The notes: generated from the sequence alone by a model not told the origin. A DNA stretch of 64,000 nt from a virus (IMGVR_UViG_3300044557_000151:59723-123722), one strand, 5' to 3'; positions 37,695-47,218 are shown, numbered from the stretch's first letter. A program made the numbers and translations.

Positions 37695-37891
37695 AACCAG
37701 ATAGAATTACACAAGAAGTTGTTGAGCATTACGGCGAACGCATTTACGAGGCGATGTGCAATAAGCTGGACGATGGAAAACTCATTAATACAATTCGAGC
37801 ATGTTTGTTAGATGCGATCAAAGATGACTGGCATTATCATCATCCACCATTGATTACAGACTATATGGATGCGGGCTGTGGCTGGCAGTGA
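37691..37891 (+). CDS. hypothetical protein
   Basis: ORF track 66 aa. Confidence 0.35.
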   Translation: MKPDRITQEVVEHYGERIYEAMCNKLDDGKLINTIRACLLDAIKDDWHYHHPPLITDYMDAGCGWQ

Positions 37892-38069
37892 TCATTCATT
37901 CGGTTTTCGGGGGAGGTACGAGATGAGCTTATATGATTATCTTGGATTCAAGTTCTGGTTCGAGGTCGTTGCTACAATCATTGGCTTCACCGCGGTTGCT
38001 ATCTTGCTAATTTACAATTGGTGGCACGATCGTTGATTACAACAATGACTATCGTGGAGGTGACTGACG

Positions 38070-38465
38070 ATGAGCAATGAGACGAAGCGGGACGTGTTCG
38101 AAGACGCGTTGGCATATGCGCCAGTCGGCAGGGAATATGACCCAGTGAACGACGATGAGGCTGGCGACCTACGTAGCCGCCTGTCTGCTCGCTATGCTGC
38201 CGCCCTACCAGATGATCTGCCAGTTATTCCGAAAGCGGTGGGCGAATATATTCAAGAGCACAAAGCCGCACATGAAAGCCTTGCATTCGCACTAACTGCA
38301 CGTTGGGTACCAAAGGAAGTTATTGATTGGATGTGTATGGTTGCTGGTGATTCTGATACTGAATTGAGTCAGATTGAGTATGTGAAACAGCAAGACATAT
38401 TCGCCCGTGCATGGGGGCTAGGTGTCTGGCGCGTCGAAGAAACAGGAGAGGTGGTCAAACTATGA
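38070..38465 (+). CDS. hypothetical protein (ETK-DVF N-terminal family)
   Basis: N-terminus MSNETKRDVFEDAL. Confidence 0.45.
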   Translation: MSNETKRDVFEDALAYAPVGREYDPVNDDEAGDLRSRLSARYAAALPDDLPVIPKAVGEYIQEHKAAHESLAFALTARWVPKEVIDWMCMVAGDSDTELSQIEYVKQQDIFARAWGLGVWRVEETGEVVKL

Positions 38466-38743
38466 AAGCAAAGAAATATCGGAAAACGGCAACCATTGAG
38501 GCGGAGCAATTTAACGAAGCTGAGTGGCAAGAAAAATATCGTGCATGTCACAACCCTGATCAGTGGGAAACATTGGCTCGTCCGTACGGAATTGACCGTT
38601 ATCATGGTCACTTTATTATTATGACTCTTGAAGGCGACCTTATCCTGCATGATGGGGACTGGATCGCAACTGGTATCAACGGCGAGCACTGGCCAATTGC
38701 TGATGACATTTTTCGGAAGACATATGTGGAGGCGAAGGACTGA
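38462..38743 (+). CDS. hypothetical protein
   Basis: ATG 38462 overlaps the upstream stop (ATGA). Track frame 38411. Confidence 0.45.
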   Translation: MKAKKYRKTATIEAEQFNEAEWQEKYRACHNPDQWETLARPYGIDRYHGHFIIMTLEGDLILHDGDWIATGINGEHWPIADDIFRKTYVEAKD

Positions 38744-38898
38744 TGGCAGTGAATGATAATCGAGTATGGGCCGAATGCAACGACGGCCACACTAAGCTTG
38801 CAGGGCTGAACGCTGACAAGTTCACGATTGACGAGCTACGCAAATGGTCTGGCGTTATCCTGACGGCGTTCATAAAGGATGCGGAGGCGTCGAAATGA
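38743..38898 (+). CDS. hypothetical small protein
   Basis: 51-aa ORF not in the track. ATG 38743 overlaps the upstream stop. Ends ...EASK like the next gene. Confidence 0.3.
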   Translation: MAVNDNRVWAECNDGHTKLAGLNADKFTIDELRKWSGVILTAFIKDAEASK

Positions 38899-39092
38899 CT
38901 GAAAATTGGAAGACACGGTATTCACGTGCTATTACGTCACTTGACGAGTTGAGTGCTTTTCCGGCCGTAATGCCAAAAAATGAATATCGCGACGATTGTC
39001 TGAACTATTTGGAAAAGGCTAAAGATGCGCTAGAAATGGCTGGACTTGCGTACGGAGCGACGTTTGAATCCGAAAGAGAGGCGTCGAAATGA
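38895..39092 (+). CDS. hypothetical protein
   Basis: ATG 38895 preceded by GGAGGCG. Track frame 38844. Confidence 0.4.
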   Translation: MTENWKTRYSRAITSLDELSAFPAVMPKNEYRDDCLNYLEKAKDALEMAGLAYGATFESEREASK

Positions 39093-39493
39093 AACGAGAG
39101 ATTAAGTTCAGAGTTTGGAACAACCGGGATAAGAAGATGCTTAACGTTGCTGGAGCTGAATTTATCAGTGGCCGAGAAATTATGTCAGCAGGCACTCTCC
39201 TACCCGATGAAGTGGTTTATGGGAAGAATAATGGCGAATATTTTTCGCCTATGATGCAATACACCGGGCTATTCGATAAGAACGGACGGGAAATCTACGA
39301 GGGCGACATTTTAGATATTGGACTCCGAGATCAGGACGGCAAGCCGGTAGTGGCCCCGGTAAGCTACGAAGCATATCTCGCTGGGTATGTGCTTGACAAT
39401 AGAGGATACGGCATCTGGCAACGGCTAGGTGGTGATTGCGAGGTCGTCGGCAATATCTTTGAAAATCCGGAGTTGCTGGAGGATGAGGAATGA
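39089..39493 (+). CDS. YopX-family phage protein
   Basis: N-terminus MKREIKFRVWNNRDKKM and the central MQYTGLFDKNGREIYEGDILD match the YopX signature. Confidence 0.65.
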   Translation: MKREIKFRVWNNRDKKMLNVAGAEFISGREIMSAGTLLPDEVVYGKNNGEYFSPMMQYTGLFDKNGREIYEGDILDIGLRDQDGKPVVAPVSYEAYLAGYVLDNRGYGIWQRLGGDCEVVGNIFENPELLEDEE

Positions 39494-39804
39494 GCGAAAC
39501 CAAATATGATGTATTTGTTCGTCTAATGAGTAATTACCTTGTAGAGAAGATTCAGCTTGATAGTATAACGCGAGACCCCCACCACATCGATATTCAACGT
39601 GAAGCAGATTCGTGGTTGGAAGAATACAACCATGCGGTTGATAACGCGGAACGTCAGGTTGGATGCAAGGAATGTCGCCGAGGTGGAAGCTTAGACGTGG
39701 CAATCAAAATGGTTGAAAAGCTTACTTCGCAACTAATGTCTGCAATCAAATTCTGTCCATATTGCGGACGAAGAATCAACATAAAACTTTCTGACTTATA
39801 CTAG
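39490..39804 (+). CDS. small zinc-ribbon protein (paralog family)
   Basis: MSETKYDVF... CKECRRGG ... FCPYCGRRIN. Stop codon overlaps the -35 element of the next promoter. Confidence 0.45.
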   Translation: MSETKYDVFVRLMSNYLVEKIQLDSITRDPHHIDIQREADSWLEEYNHAVDNAERQVGCKECRRGGSLDVAIKMVEKLTSQLMSAIKFCPYCGRRINIKLSDLY

Positions 39805-39887
39805 ACAAACACTAATGTGTTTGGTAATATAATAAGAGTAGTCAAACACTAATGTGTTTTTAAGGCCGACTGCATCGGCCTTTTCTT
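39802..39887 (+). promoter_or_regulatory. promoter-operator unit with leader hairpin and intrinsic terminator
   Basis: TAGACA-N17-TAATAT at 39802..39830. RNA-level palindrome AAACACTAATGTGTTT at 39844..39859. Terminator hairpin AAGGCCGA-CTGCA-TCGGCCTT + TTTTCTT at 39862..39887. Confidence 0.55.
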
Positions 39888-39934
39888 GTGGATTACATAC
39901 AATTCAAAATAGCATCAGGGGGACAGGCACTAGC

Positions 39935-40462
39935 ATGAAGTCTTACATCGTTTTGGATACAGAGTTTAACAATAAAACAAACCGAATCACGCAGTTAGCA
40001 GCAATCAAAATTTCAAACGGCGTATTCATCAAGAGTCAATTTAATAGATACATTCCATCTATGGATAAGGAAGATCAATTCAAAATCTGGGCGGGTGGGA
40101 ACATGCGTTATTCAGATTATGGCAAGTTGCCACGACCAACACAAACAGTTCGAGATTTCATCGAATGGGTCGGGACAACTCCCGGGACACCGCTTGTAGG
40201 CTGGGGAGTTCATGGCGATTCAGAACGAGTAAAAGGGCTATTCAAAATGTGCTCGCATACAATCCTGAAAGGTTGGCACTTCTTGGATGCGGCAAAACCT
40301 ATTTGTACCGCTTGCGAATTAGATTACACGATTCCGCTACAATCAGCCGCTAATTTTGCTGGTGTTCCGAAGAACCATGCGCATAACGCATTGGATGATT
40401 GCCTACGTACATTTGGGTTAATTAAGACATTAGAACAACGCATGGGAAAACCCGTAATCTAG
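39935..40462 (+). CDS. DnaQ-like 3'-5' exonuclease (DEDDh)
   Basis: Exo I motif YIVLDTEFN and Exo III motif HNALDDCLRT. ATG 39935 after AGGGGGACAGG (track began 39854). Confidence 0.7.
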   Translation: MKSYIVLDTEFNNKTNRITQLAAIKISNGVFIKSQFNRYIPSMDKEDQFKIWAGGNMRYSDYGKLPRPTQTVRDFIEWVGTTPGTPLVGWGVHGDSERVKGLFKMCSHTILKGWHFLDAAKPICTACELDYTIPLQSAANFAGVPKNHAHNALDDCLRTFGLIKTLEQRMGKPVI

Positions 40463-40561
40463 GAGGGGATTGAGTCATGAGTTCACATGCTGTACAAAAT
40501 AAGAACGGAGAATACCTGTACTTTGATAGTCGCAGTTTGGGAATCAAACGAGGAGAAAATC

Positions 40562-41026
40562 ATGAATAAAAAAATTACATTAACGGCAACGGTATTAGCA
40601 GGCCTTATGTTCGGAGCAGGTGCGACCACGGTGGCCGACAATGTGTGGCAAGGACATCAGAACATCGTAGAAACCAAGAACAACATCGACAAGCTGGCGG
40701 CAAAAATCAATGCCTCGCAATCCAGCTTGTCCGACCTGAAACATCAATTAGCCGATGCGCAGGCACAATATTCGGTACTCAAACAGCAATACGATGGCGA
40801 CATGGCAAGCAAAGATGCACAGATTCAACAGAAGATAGCCGAGGGGCAACGGGCGGTGGCTCAGAAGCAAGCGGAAGTGGACCATAAACAACAAACCATC
40901 AATAACCTCAATGCGCAACTGGAGGCGGCTAAGCAAGACAACAATAACCTATCTCAAGCGATTCTCGATGCGCAAAGTGTCCGGGAATATTCCGATCAGG
41001 CCGTTAAAAATACAGGCGCGCAATAA
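40562..41026 (+). CDS. secreted/anchored coiled-coil protein
   Basis: ATG 40562 after AGGAGA. Signal-peptide-like N-terminus KKITLTATVLAGLMFGAGA followed by a Q/A-rich coiled coil. Confidence 0.5.
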   Translation: MNKKITLTATVLAGLMFGAGATTVADNVWQGHQNIVETKNNIDKLAAKINASQSSLSDLKHQLADAQAQYSVLKQQYDGDMASKDAQIQQKIAEGQRAVAQKQAEVDHKQQTINNLNAQLEAAKQDNNNLSQAILDAQSVREYSDQAVKNTGAQ

Positions 41027-41041
41027 GAGGAGGTAAGAGCA

Positions 41042-41620
41042 ATGAGCTTTTATATTATTGAAGACGAAGACGGCAACACCATGGATTATAACGGATATTT
41101 TAATTTCCCAATTAGCCAAACGGAGTTGTTCGATGAACCAAATGAGCCAGCTAAATTTGCAGAGGAATTAGGCGGCCACGTAGTCGAGCTAGTCGAGGAG
41201 CAAAAAGTCAAGTTACCGCAAGATGTATGCGAAGAGCTCGACGACTGGATGGCTGATAACCAAGATAGGTTGGTTGGCCGCATTGGTGAATTGATCTTCG
41301 ACATGATGACCCACGAACCTAAATTAACTAATGTATTTTGTTTTGTTGGTGATAGTGAAGAAAACTATTTCAAGATTATTGATGCTTACCGGTATGGTTG
41401 GGAAGCAGAACCGGAAGCTAAGTGGTATGTAAAAACGCCGGAAGCTTGGGAAAGCGAAGACGGTGATTTTGGCTGGCTATATAAGTCGATCTACGGAGGG
41501 ATAGACACCACTAGCCACTTCGATGGTGAAGAAAACGAGCAGTTCACCCGTGCTGAGATCAAGCAGTATCACCTAGATAGCGACATCTTTACACTGGTGC
41601 CAGTGGAGGAAGAAAAATGA
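41042..41620 (+). CDS. acidic hypothetical protein
   Basis: ORF track 192 aa. RBS AGAGGAGG upstream. Confidence 0.45.
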   Translation: MSFYIIEDEDGNTMDYNGYFNFPISQTELFDEPNEPAKFAEELGGHVVELVEEQKVKLPQDVCEELDDWMADNQDRLVGRIGELIFDMMTHEPKLTNVFCFVGDSEENYFKIIDAYRYGWEAEPEAKWYVKTPEAWESEDGDFGWLYKSIYGGIDTTSHFDGEENEQFTRAEIKQYHLDSDIFTLVPVEEEK

Positions 41621-41768
41621 ATGATGCCAAACGATTTCAAGTTTGCGACGAAGAAGAAGTAATGGCTGACTTCGCCACCAAGGAAGGAGCCTTTGTATAT
41701 ATCGAGTCTTATGACCGTTTTAATACCATGTACGTTTACGACACCGAAAAGGATGAGGTGATTTTTAA

Positions 41769-42329
41769 ATGAGCTTATGGGCAGTTAAAGATGCAGACGG
41801 CTGGTTCTGGGACTTCACCGATGAGGGTTTTTACGAAGAAAATGATACTCGAACGGCTGGCATTCCGAACCGAGATTATGCTAACCAAATCGCAAAGGAA
41901 CACAATGGGACACTTACTGAGTATGTGCAGAAGTCCGCACCGATCGTGGTGAGCCAAGAGGAAGCGGAGATGCTGGAGCGGGCGAAGAGTGGACATTTAT
42001 GGGCCACCAATGTGATACAAAATTACATCGATATGCACATGGATGGCATGTCAAATGATGAAAAACAACAATTTGAAGACCGCCTCATGCGCGCCTACGT
42101 CATCGGCTACACCGTGGCAAAGGAGACGCTGTACAACGTCAAGGTGCCACATTCAACTGATGGCTATTACTGGCGTGGAATTAGTGGACAGGTACACACA
42201 TACACTGAGCCTGACCAGCATGCTCATGTTTTGAAAACCGAAGCGTATGTTTGGGCACAAGAACAAATTAATGATGCTGGCTTGCAGGGCTGCGAGAAAG
42301 TGGAGGTGACTGACGATGAAAATGATTAA
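41769..42329 (+). CDS. hypothetical protein (paralog A of a two-member family)
   Basis: Shares VSQEEAEMLERAKSG and EDRLMRAYVIGYTVAKE with the 42694 protein. Confidence 0.5.
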   Translation: MSLWAVKDADGWFWDFTDEGFYEENDTRTAGIPNRDYANQIAKEHNGTLTEYVQKSAPIVVSQEEAEMLERAKSGHLWATNVIQNYIDMHMDGMSNDEKQQFEDRLMRAYVIGYTVAKETLYNVKVPHSTDGYYWRGISGQVHTYTEPDQHAHVLKTEAYVWAQEQINDAGLQGCEKVEVTDDEND

Positions 42330-42534
42330 GCTAGAAAACGGTAATTTGATAAATCTATCGGCAGTGTCATATATCTCAAAAACTGAAATGGTGGCTTATT
42401 TCAAAAAGCCGGTTATCAAAAGTGAAGGTGACTTTCAAACATATAAATGCTATGGCGTTGGTGTAACAGAAGCCGACATTGAACGAATCGCAGCGAGTAC
42501 GGTGAACAAAGAGGTAAAACGAGATGAAAATTGA
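42316..42534 (+). CDS. hypothetical protein
   Basis: ORF track 72 aa. Confidence 0.35.
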   Translation: MKMIKLENGNLINLSAVSYISKTEMVAYFKKPVIKSEGDFQTYKCYGVGVTEADIERIAASTVNKEVKRDEN

Positions 42535-42693
42535 TCTCATTGAACAATGGATTCATAGCCAGGCAAAATCTGTATATGACATCAAAAGTCGTCAAGCGTG
42601 GGTCAAGGCTATGCGGATCGCCGGACTTGATGAACAGACTATCATGCGTGTGTATGAAATTCGGTTCGAGAAGCAGTTTGTGGAGGTAAAACA

Positions 42694-43230
42694 ATGAGCT
42701 TATACATTATTGAAGATAGATATGGAGCATTACTAGATTCATCTGTAAATTACAATTATGCCAAGTCATTACAACATAGAAATTACCCCGACGGACACGT
42801 GGTTGAGATGGTGCCAGCAAAGCCTAAGGTTAAAGTCAGTCAGGAAGAAGCGGAGATGCTGGAAAAAGCTAAGCACAATCCTACGTTACGGCCGTCATTT
42901 TTGATTACGGAATATTCAAATAGCCACAAAGGCTACATATTAGGCAACGACCTTGAAGATCGACTCATGTGTGCCTACGTAATTGGCTGGACCGTGGGGG
43001 AGAAGCCTAAGCGCTACGTCCTACCGATGCCTGGCACTGAATATCGCAGCAAGCTGATGCACGGAAACGCTCAATATTACGCAATCAAAGGAACTGGAAA
43101 CTGGCGGCCTGACGCAATTGCTTTAGGCACTGACGATGCCGTCAAACACGGATACACCGTCACCAAGTCAGAAATCGACACCGCGCCTGATTGGGTTAAG
43201 GGTATTACGCCAATCGAGGTGACGGAATGA
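42694..43230 (+). CDS. hypothetical protein (paralog B)
   Basis: VSQEEAEMLEKAKHN and EDRLMCAYVIGWTVGEKP. Confidence 0.5.
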   Translation: MSLYIIEDRYGALLDSSVNYNYAKSLQHRNYPDGHVVEMVPAKPKVKVSQEEAEMLEKAKHNPTLRPSFLITEYSNSHKGYILGNDLEDRLMCAYVIGWTVGEKPKRYVLPMPGTEYRSKLMHGNAQYYAIKGTGNWRPDAIALGTDDAVKHGYTVTKSEIDTAPDWVKGITPIEVTE

Positions 43231-43399
43231 ATTTGGTTGTGATTGGTTTATCCGCATCAATTTGCTTGGTTGCATTTCGTTCATGGCAGAAGGGTTTGAG
43301 GTAGCAACGTGGCAAGAGAAACAAAGCGAAGCGTATTCAATGAAGCGATGGAGTTAATTCTTTAGTATTGGTAAAACTAACATTTTAGAAAAGAGTGAA

Positions 43400-43906
43400 A
43401 TGATGGAATTAAAAGAAGCTTTGAAAGTGATGTATGAAAACGACTATTTGTATGACGATCAATTAGATGGATGGAAAGCCCCGGGATATACAAACCTTTC
43501 AAACGAATTAATGGGTGAATTAGTTTCTAATGGATTGGCCGATTATGCTGTGGGAACAGACGAATACGGTTGTTTAACTCTCGCAGCCTACTTAAACGAC
43601 AAAGGCATTGAACTATTCGAAGACATGCAGCTCAAAGCCGCACCTAAGAATAAGCTCGAACAATCCGACATCGATGCAATTATGGATGCGTCTGAATGGG
43701 AATATGATACCCTTTACGGAAAAGTGACTGTAGTATCGGCTAAGTTGCCCAATGGATTCGTGTTGACGGAAACCTCTGGCGCAATTGATTCTAAGAATTA
43801 CAACTTCGAAACGGGCAAGAAGATTGCTCGTGAGCAGATCGAACATCGTATCTGGGAGTTAGAAGGTTATGCTTTGGCGAAACAATTACACGAGGTAGAT
43901 GCCTAA
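43400..43906 (+). CDS. hypothetical protein
   Basis: ORF track 168 aa. Confidence 0.45.
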   Translation: MMELKEALKVMYENDYLYDDQLDGWKAPGYTNLSNELMGELVSNGLADYAVGTDEYGCLTLAAYLNDKGIELFEDMQLKAAPKNKLEQSDIDAIMDASEWEYDTLYGKVTVVSAKLPNGFVLTETSGAIDSKNYNFETGKKIAREQIEHRIWELEGYALAKQLHEVDA

Positions 43907-44262
43907 TGTATGTAATCGAACTACCAAACGGTATGCTGGTTGATTTGAATGAGATTGTCGCGATGGTCCCCGTTCCTAGCGAACCTAATTTGCAATCCGA
44001 GAACTCCGTAATTGCGTTTAAGAGTGGTGATCGATGGGCGAAGAAGGACGTCCCTGACGACGTTCATAAGGTAATCTACGACGAATATCGCAAATTCGCT
44101 CGCAACACCAATAAGAAGTTGCCAGAGCCATATGCTTGGGAGACAAAAGAGGGAGATATCTTGTTCAGCTATGACGATAAAGTTTCCTATGAACACTTGT
44201 ATAACTCTAGCGCAAACCCATTATGGGACGAAGATACTCTCTCAAATGCGGGTATTATCTAA
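43906..44262 (+). CDS. hypothetical protein
   Basis: ORF track 118 aa. ATGA overlap upstream. Confidence 0.45.
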   Translation: MYVIELPNGMLVDLNEIVAMVPVPSEPNLQSENSVIAFKSGDRWAKKDVPDDVHKVIYDEYRKFARNTNKKLPEPYAWETKEGDILFSYDDKVSYEHLYNSSANPLWDEDTLSNAGII

Positions 44263-44450
44263 TGTCTGCTCGATCAGAATTAGACGCCGTTCTTGATGGA
44301 CTGTACAAGAACATGGATTCGTTAACGATGAAGTATTATGCAGATGAATTGCACGTTGATGAATATCCTGATATTGAACCACAGATTCTTGCATTGTGGG
44401 ACTTGCTCGAAGACTTACGAAATATAACCTTGGATGGTGAAGATGATTAA
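44262..44450 (+). CDS. hypothetical protein
   Basis: ATG 44262 overlapping the upstream stop (track frame 44223). Confidence 0.4.
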   Translation: MSARSELDAVLDGLYKNMDSLTMKYYADELHVDEYPDIEPQILALWDLLEDLRNITLDGEDD

Positions 44451-44661
44451 CTCAAGCAACACACGATATTACCTGCATCGGTTGGTCCATGGGTATGACG
44501 AATACCTCTATCGTGATGAAGCAACTGGAGAGTACAACGAACTTCCAGTTCATCAAACAACTACTTTTACTGCTGAAGAAGCAGATTTAATCGATCCAGA
44601 AAATCAATACACAAGAACGGAGGCGCGATTCGTTGTCAGAAACAACCGAAGAGACATTTGA
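44434..44661 (+). CDS. hypothetical protein
   Basis: ORF track 75 aa. Confidence 0.4.
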   Translation: MVKMINSSNTRYYLHRLVHGYDEYLYRDEATGEYNELPVHQTTTFTAEEADLIDPENQYTRTEARFVVRNNRRDI

Positions 44662-44917
44662 AGAGGCATGTCGTAGACAAACACTATACGTCATGCAGAT
44701 CGCGCGAACATATAAGTTTAACGATCCATCTAAAATAAAACAATCAGGATACAGCCCATACAACGAAGCGCTTAAGGCATTTGCAGCATACGAAAAGATC
44801 ATCGATGATTTGATGGCAGAAGTTGAACGGCTGAATGAGGTTATTGATGGAATGGTCGAGCAAATGGAGCGCGAGAACGAGTTACAAATTGAAGAAATGG
44901 AAGGAGAGGATTACTAA
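44633..44917 (+). CDS. hypothetical protein
   Basis: ORF track 94 aa. Confidence 0.4.
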   Translation: MSETTEETFEEACRRQTLYVMQIARTYKFNDPSKIKQSGYSPYNEALKAFAAYEKIIDDLMAEVERLNEVIDGMVEQMERENELQIEEMEGEDY

Positions 44918-44920
44918 CAA

Positions 44921-46054
44921 ATGGTAAAAATTACCTCGTCTGACGTCGTCTCAAGGCTTAATACTTCCCACCCCGGACAGTATGAGCTGCTGGAATATAG
45001 GAACGGGCGAGCCACTGTACTTTGTAAAAAGTGTTCACATCAATGGTCCAACGTATTGCTCGGGAATATTCTAAAAGTCACTAGAAATTGTCCAAACTGC
45101 AATAAGATCGATCGAGCAATTTCTAGAATGGAAAAGTGGAATCATCAACTCAAACAATCGGGGGAGTCATCGCTGGTTGTCGTATCGTTTAACCCAACAG
45201 AAAAAGGTGCTATGCGGGTATTATGCGAGAATTGTAATTCATACTTCAACTCTAGAACGGACTGCTTACCAACCCACTGCATCAATTGCTCTAAATACCA
45301 GAGACCTAATGTCTTTCAATTCTATCAGATGACTCGGTCCGTTGGGAACCATTACCACATTCATAACCCGGAACTGTTTACCTCAGCTAATCAGAAGGTG
45401 ACAGTGACATGCCAAGACTGTGGGTATGAGTTTACTGCAATTGGTAGATCATTGACGATAGGTAGATGTCTACGATGTTCCGGGTCGGCAAAAACAACTG
45501 AAATAGTGTCAAGAGAACTGTATGAAAAGACCGGTGGAAACATTGAGCTTCGTTCAAAGTATATCAATGCACAAACAAAGGTTCAGTTCTACTGCAATGT
45601 ATGTCATCACAGTTTTAAAAATAAGCCCTTTAATATTCTAGTTGGTGGTTCTGGATGTCCGGTATGTCATGAATCGAAAGGTGAGCGCGCAATTCGAAAT
45701 TACCTTGAGGAAAATAATATTGAATTTGAATCCCAAAAAGTATTTCCCTCATGTCGGTTAAAGCTCCCCCTTCCATTTGACTTCTTCATCAATAAATCAT
45801 TGCTTGTAGAATTTGACGGGCCTCAACACTATTCGCCGAATATGTTGATGAATAAACGCGAAGGGTTTCAGGTTCAGAAGGCACGCGACGATGCGAAAAC
45901 GTGGTGGGCACTTAAACATGACTATACGTTGGTGAGAATTAGATATGATCAGATGGAGTTAATACCACGTATTTTGAAGAATGAAATAAATAGGAGTGAA
46001 GTAAAACTTGGTAGCAAACAAAAAGTTCAAGTATCCAGATCGAGTTGCGCATGA
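44921..46054 (+). CDS. multi-zinc-ribbon protein with C-terminal Vsr/DUF559-like PD-(D/E)XK endonuclease domain
   Basis: Five or more CxxC pairs. C-terminus GERAIRNYLEENNIEFESQK...LPFDFFINKSLLVEFDGPQH...LVRIRY fits the Vsr/DUF559 pattern (FDF...iE.DG..H...vlR). Confidence 0.5.
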   Translation: MVKITSSDVVSRLNTSHPGQYELLEYRNGRATVLCKKCSHQWSNVLLGNILKVTRNCPNCNKIDRAISRMEKWNHQLKQSGESSLVVVSFNPTEKGAMRVLCENCNSYFNSRTDCLPTHCINCSKYQRPNVFQFYQMTRSVGNHYHIHNPELFTSANQKVTVTCQDCGYEFTAIGRSLTIGRCLRCSGSAKTTEIVSRELYEKTGGNIELRSKYINAQTKVQFYCNVCHHSFKNKPFNILVGGSGCPVCHESKGERAIRNYLEENNIEFESQKVFPSCRLKLPLPFDFFINKSLLVEFDGPQHYSPNMLMNKREGFQVQKARDDAKTWWALKHDYTLVRIRYDQMELIPRILKNEINRSEVKLGSKQKVQVSRSSCA

Positions 46055-46508
46055 CTTTGTAGTCAAGCGACTTGATGAAAAGGGAGTGTCTTTAGAGGCC
46101 ATCGCCGAAGAGGCTCGCCTTCAACAACTTAGCCACAATGATAAGTTAACATTTGAAGACTGCTTTGATGCTGTTCAAAAAGTCTTGTGGAAGCGAGAAA
46201 TCCTTAACAATATTATGGTCGCCTTAGAGCTAGACCGAATGGCAACGGAAGGACTGTTGGCAGAGCCGCTTCAATCAATCATTGCCAACGACAGTTCCGT
46301 GATGTCAGTAGACGAAGGGTTGGCCCTGTCTATTTCAATGCTATATGGCGAGATTGCACAAACCAACTTTTCGTACCTAGACGTTGTGAAACATGGTCTT
46401 TCGAAGAAGCTTGATAACAGTCACGAAGAAGTAAACACATTCGTCGATGACATCGTAAGCGCGCTGATTGCTTGTACTGAAGCTAAAGTCGCACACAAGT
46501 ATGAATAA
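46008..46508 (+). CDS. hypothetical protein
   Basis: ORF track 166 aa. Start uncertain. Confidence 0.4.
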   Translation: MVANKKFKYPDRVAHDFVVKRLDEKGVSLEAIAEEARLQQLSHNDKLTFEDCFDAVQKVLWKREILNNIMVALELDRMATEGLLAEPLQSIIANDSSVMSVDEGLALSISMLYGEIAQTNFSYLDVVKHGLSKKLDNSHEEVNTFVDDIVSALIACTEAKVAHKYE

Positions 46509-46520
46509 AGGTAAGCTCGT

Positions 46521-46787
46521 ATGTATATGTATTTAGTTATTGGGCGAATGGAAAAGCCTAAAAAGACATTGTATTATCTTTATCGCACTTTTAAATCAGC
46601 ATTAGAGCTCGCTAAGATGCAACTATTGATGCAAGCCGATTACGATGATTGGTTTGAATTCGATCATGAAAACAGTAGGATTGGGACCGATTCTGCATAT
46701 CTTACAACCAAAGATCCAGTGAACGAATGGACTTATGAAGTTAAAAAGCTTGAGGTTCAATATGACTGGATTTACGACAAAGAATAA
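46521..46787 (+). CDS. hypothetical protein
   Basis: ORF track 88 aa. Confidence 0.4.
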   Translation: MYMYLVIGRMEKPKKTLYYLYRTFKSALELAKMQLLMQADYDDWFEFDHENSRIGTDSAYLTTKDPVNEWTYEVKKLEVQYDWIYDKE

Positions 46788-47208
46788 GGTGGAAACTGTA
46801 TTGAAAAACAAACTCACTAAGATTTTAGTAGCGTTATCGTTGTCTGTTGTATTGGGTGGAAGCCTTGCAGCATGTGAGAATGAAACATCTGCTCCCACAA
46901 AGACTGCTCAAGGCAAAAAATTTAAACTGAAGCCTGGCACATACAAATTAGCCTATTTCGATCAGAACACAAACTACAATTCAGACAGCAATCAAAAAGC
47001 GGCGTTTGGACTTGTAATTGACGGAAAAACAAAAGAGTTAACGGTTAACCTCCGCCGCGTCAAAGAACATGTCGGATTAAAGTATGCGGACTCTCCATAT
47101 GTGGTCGTTAAAGAGAGCGATCTTGGCGAAATGCGTCTCAACATTTATCGCGGCCCGTATCAGCAGTATATTCAGACAGACGTTTCTGGCACTGTGACGG
47201 ATAAGTAG
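46762..47208 (+). CDS. lipoprotein
   Basis: Signal peptide with lipobox: LVALSLSVVLGGSLAAC. Start is ATG 46762 or 46735. Confidence 0.55.
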   Translation: MTGFTTKNKVETVLKNKLTKILVALSLSVVLGGSLAACENETSAPTKTAQGKKFKLKPGTYKLAYFDQNTNYNSDSNQKAAFGLVIDGKTKELTVNLRRVKEHVGLKYADSPYVVVKESDLGEMRLNIYRGPYQQYIQTDVSGTVTDK

Positions 47209-47218
47209 AGGCCGGCCT

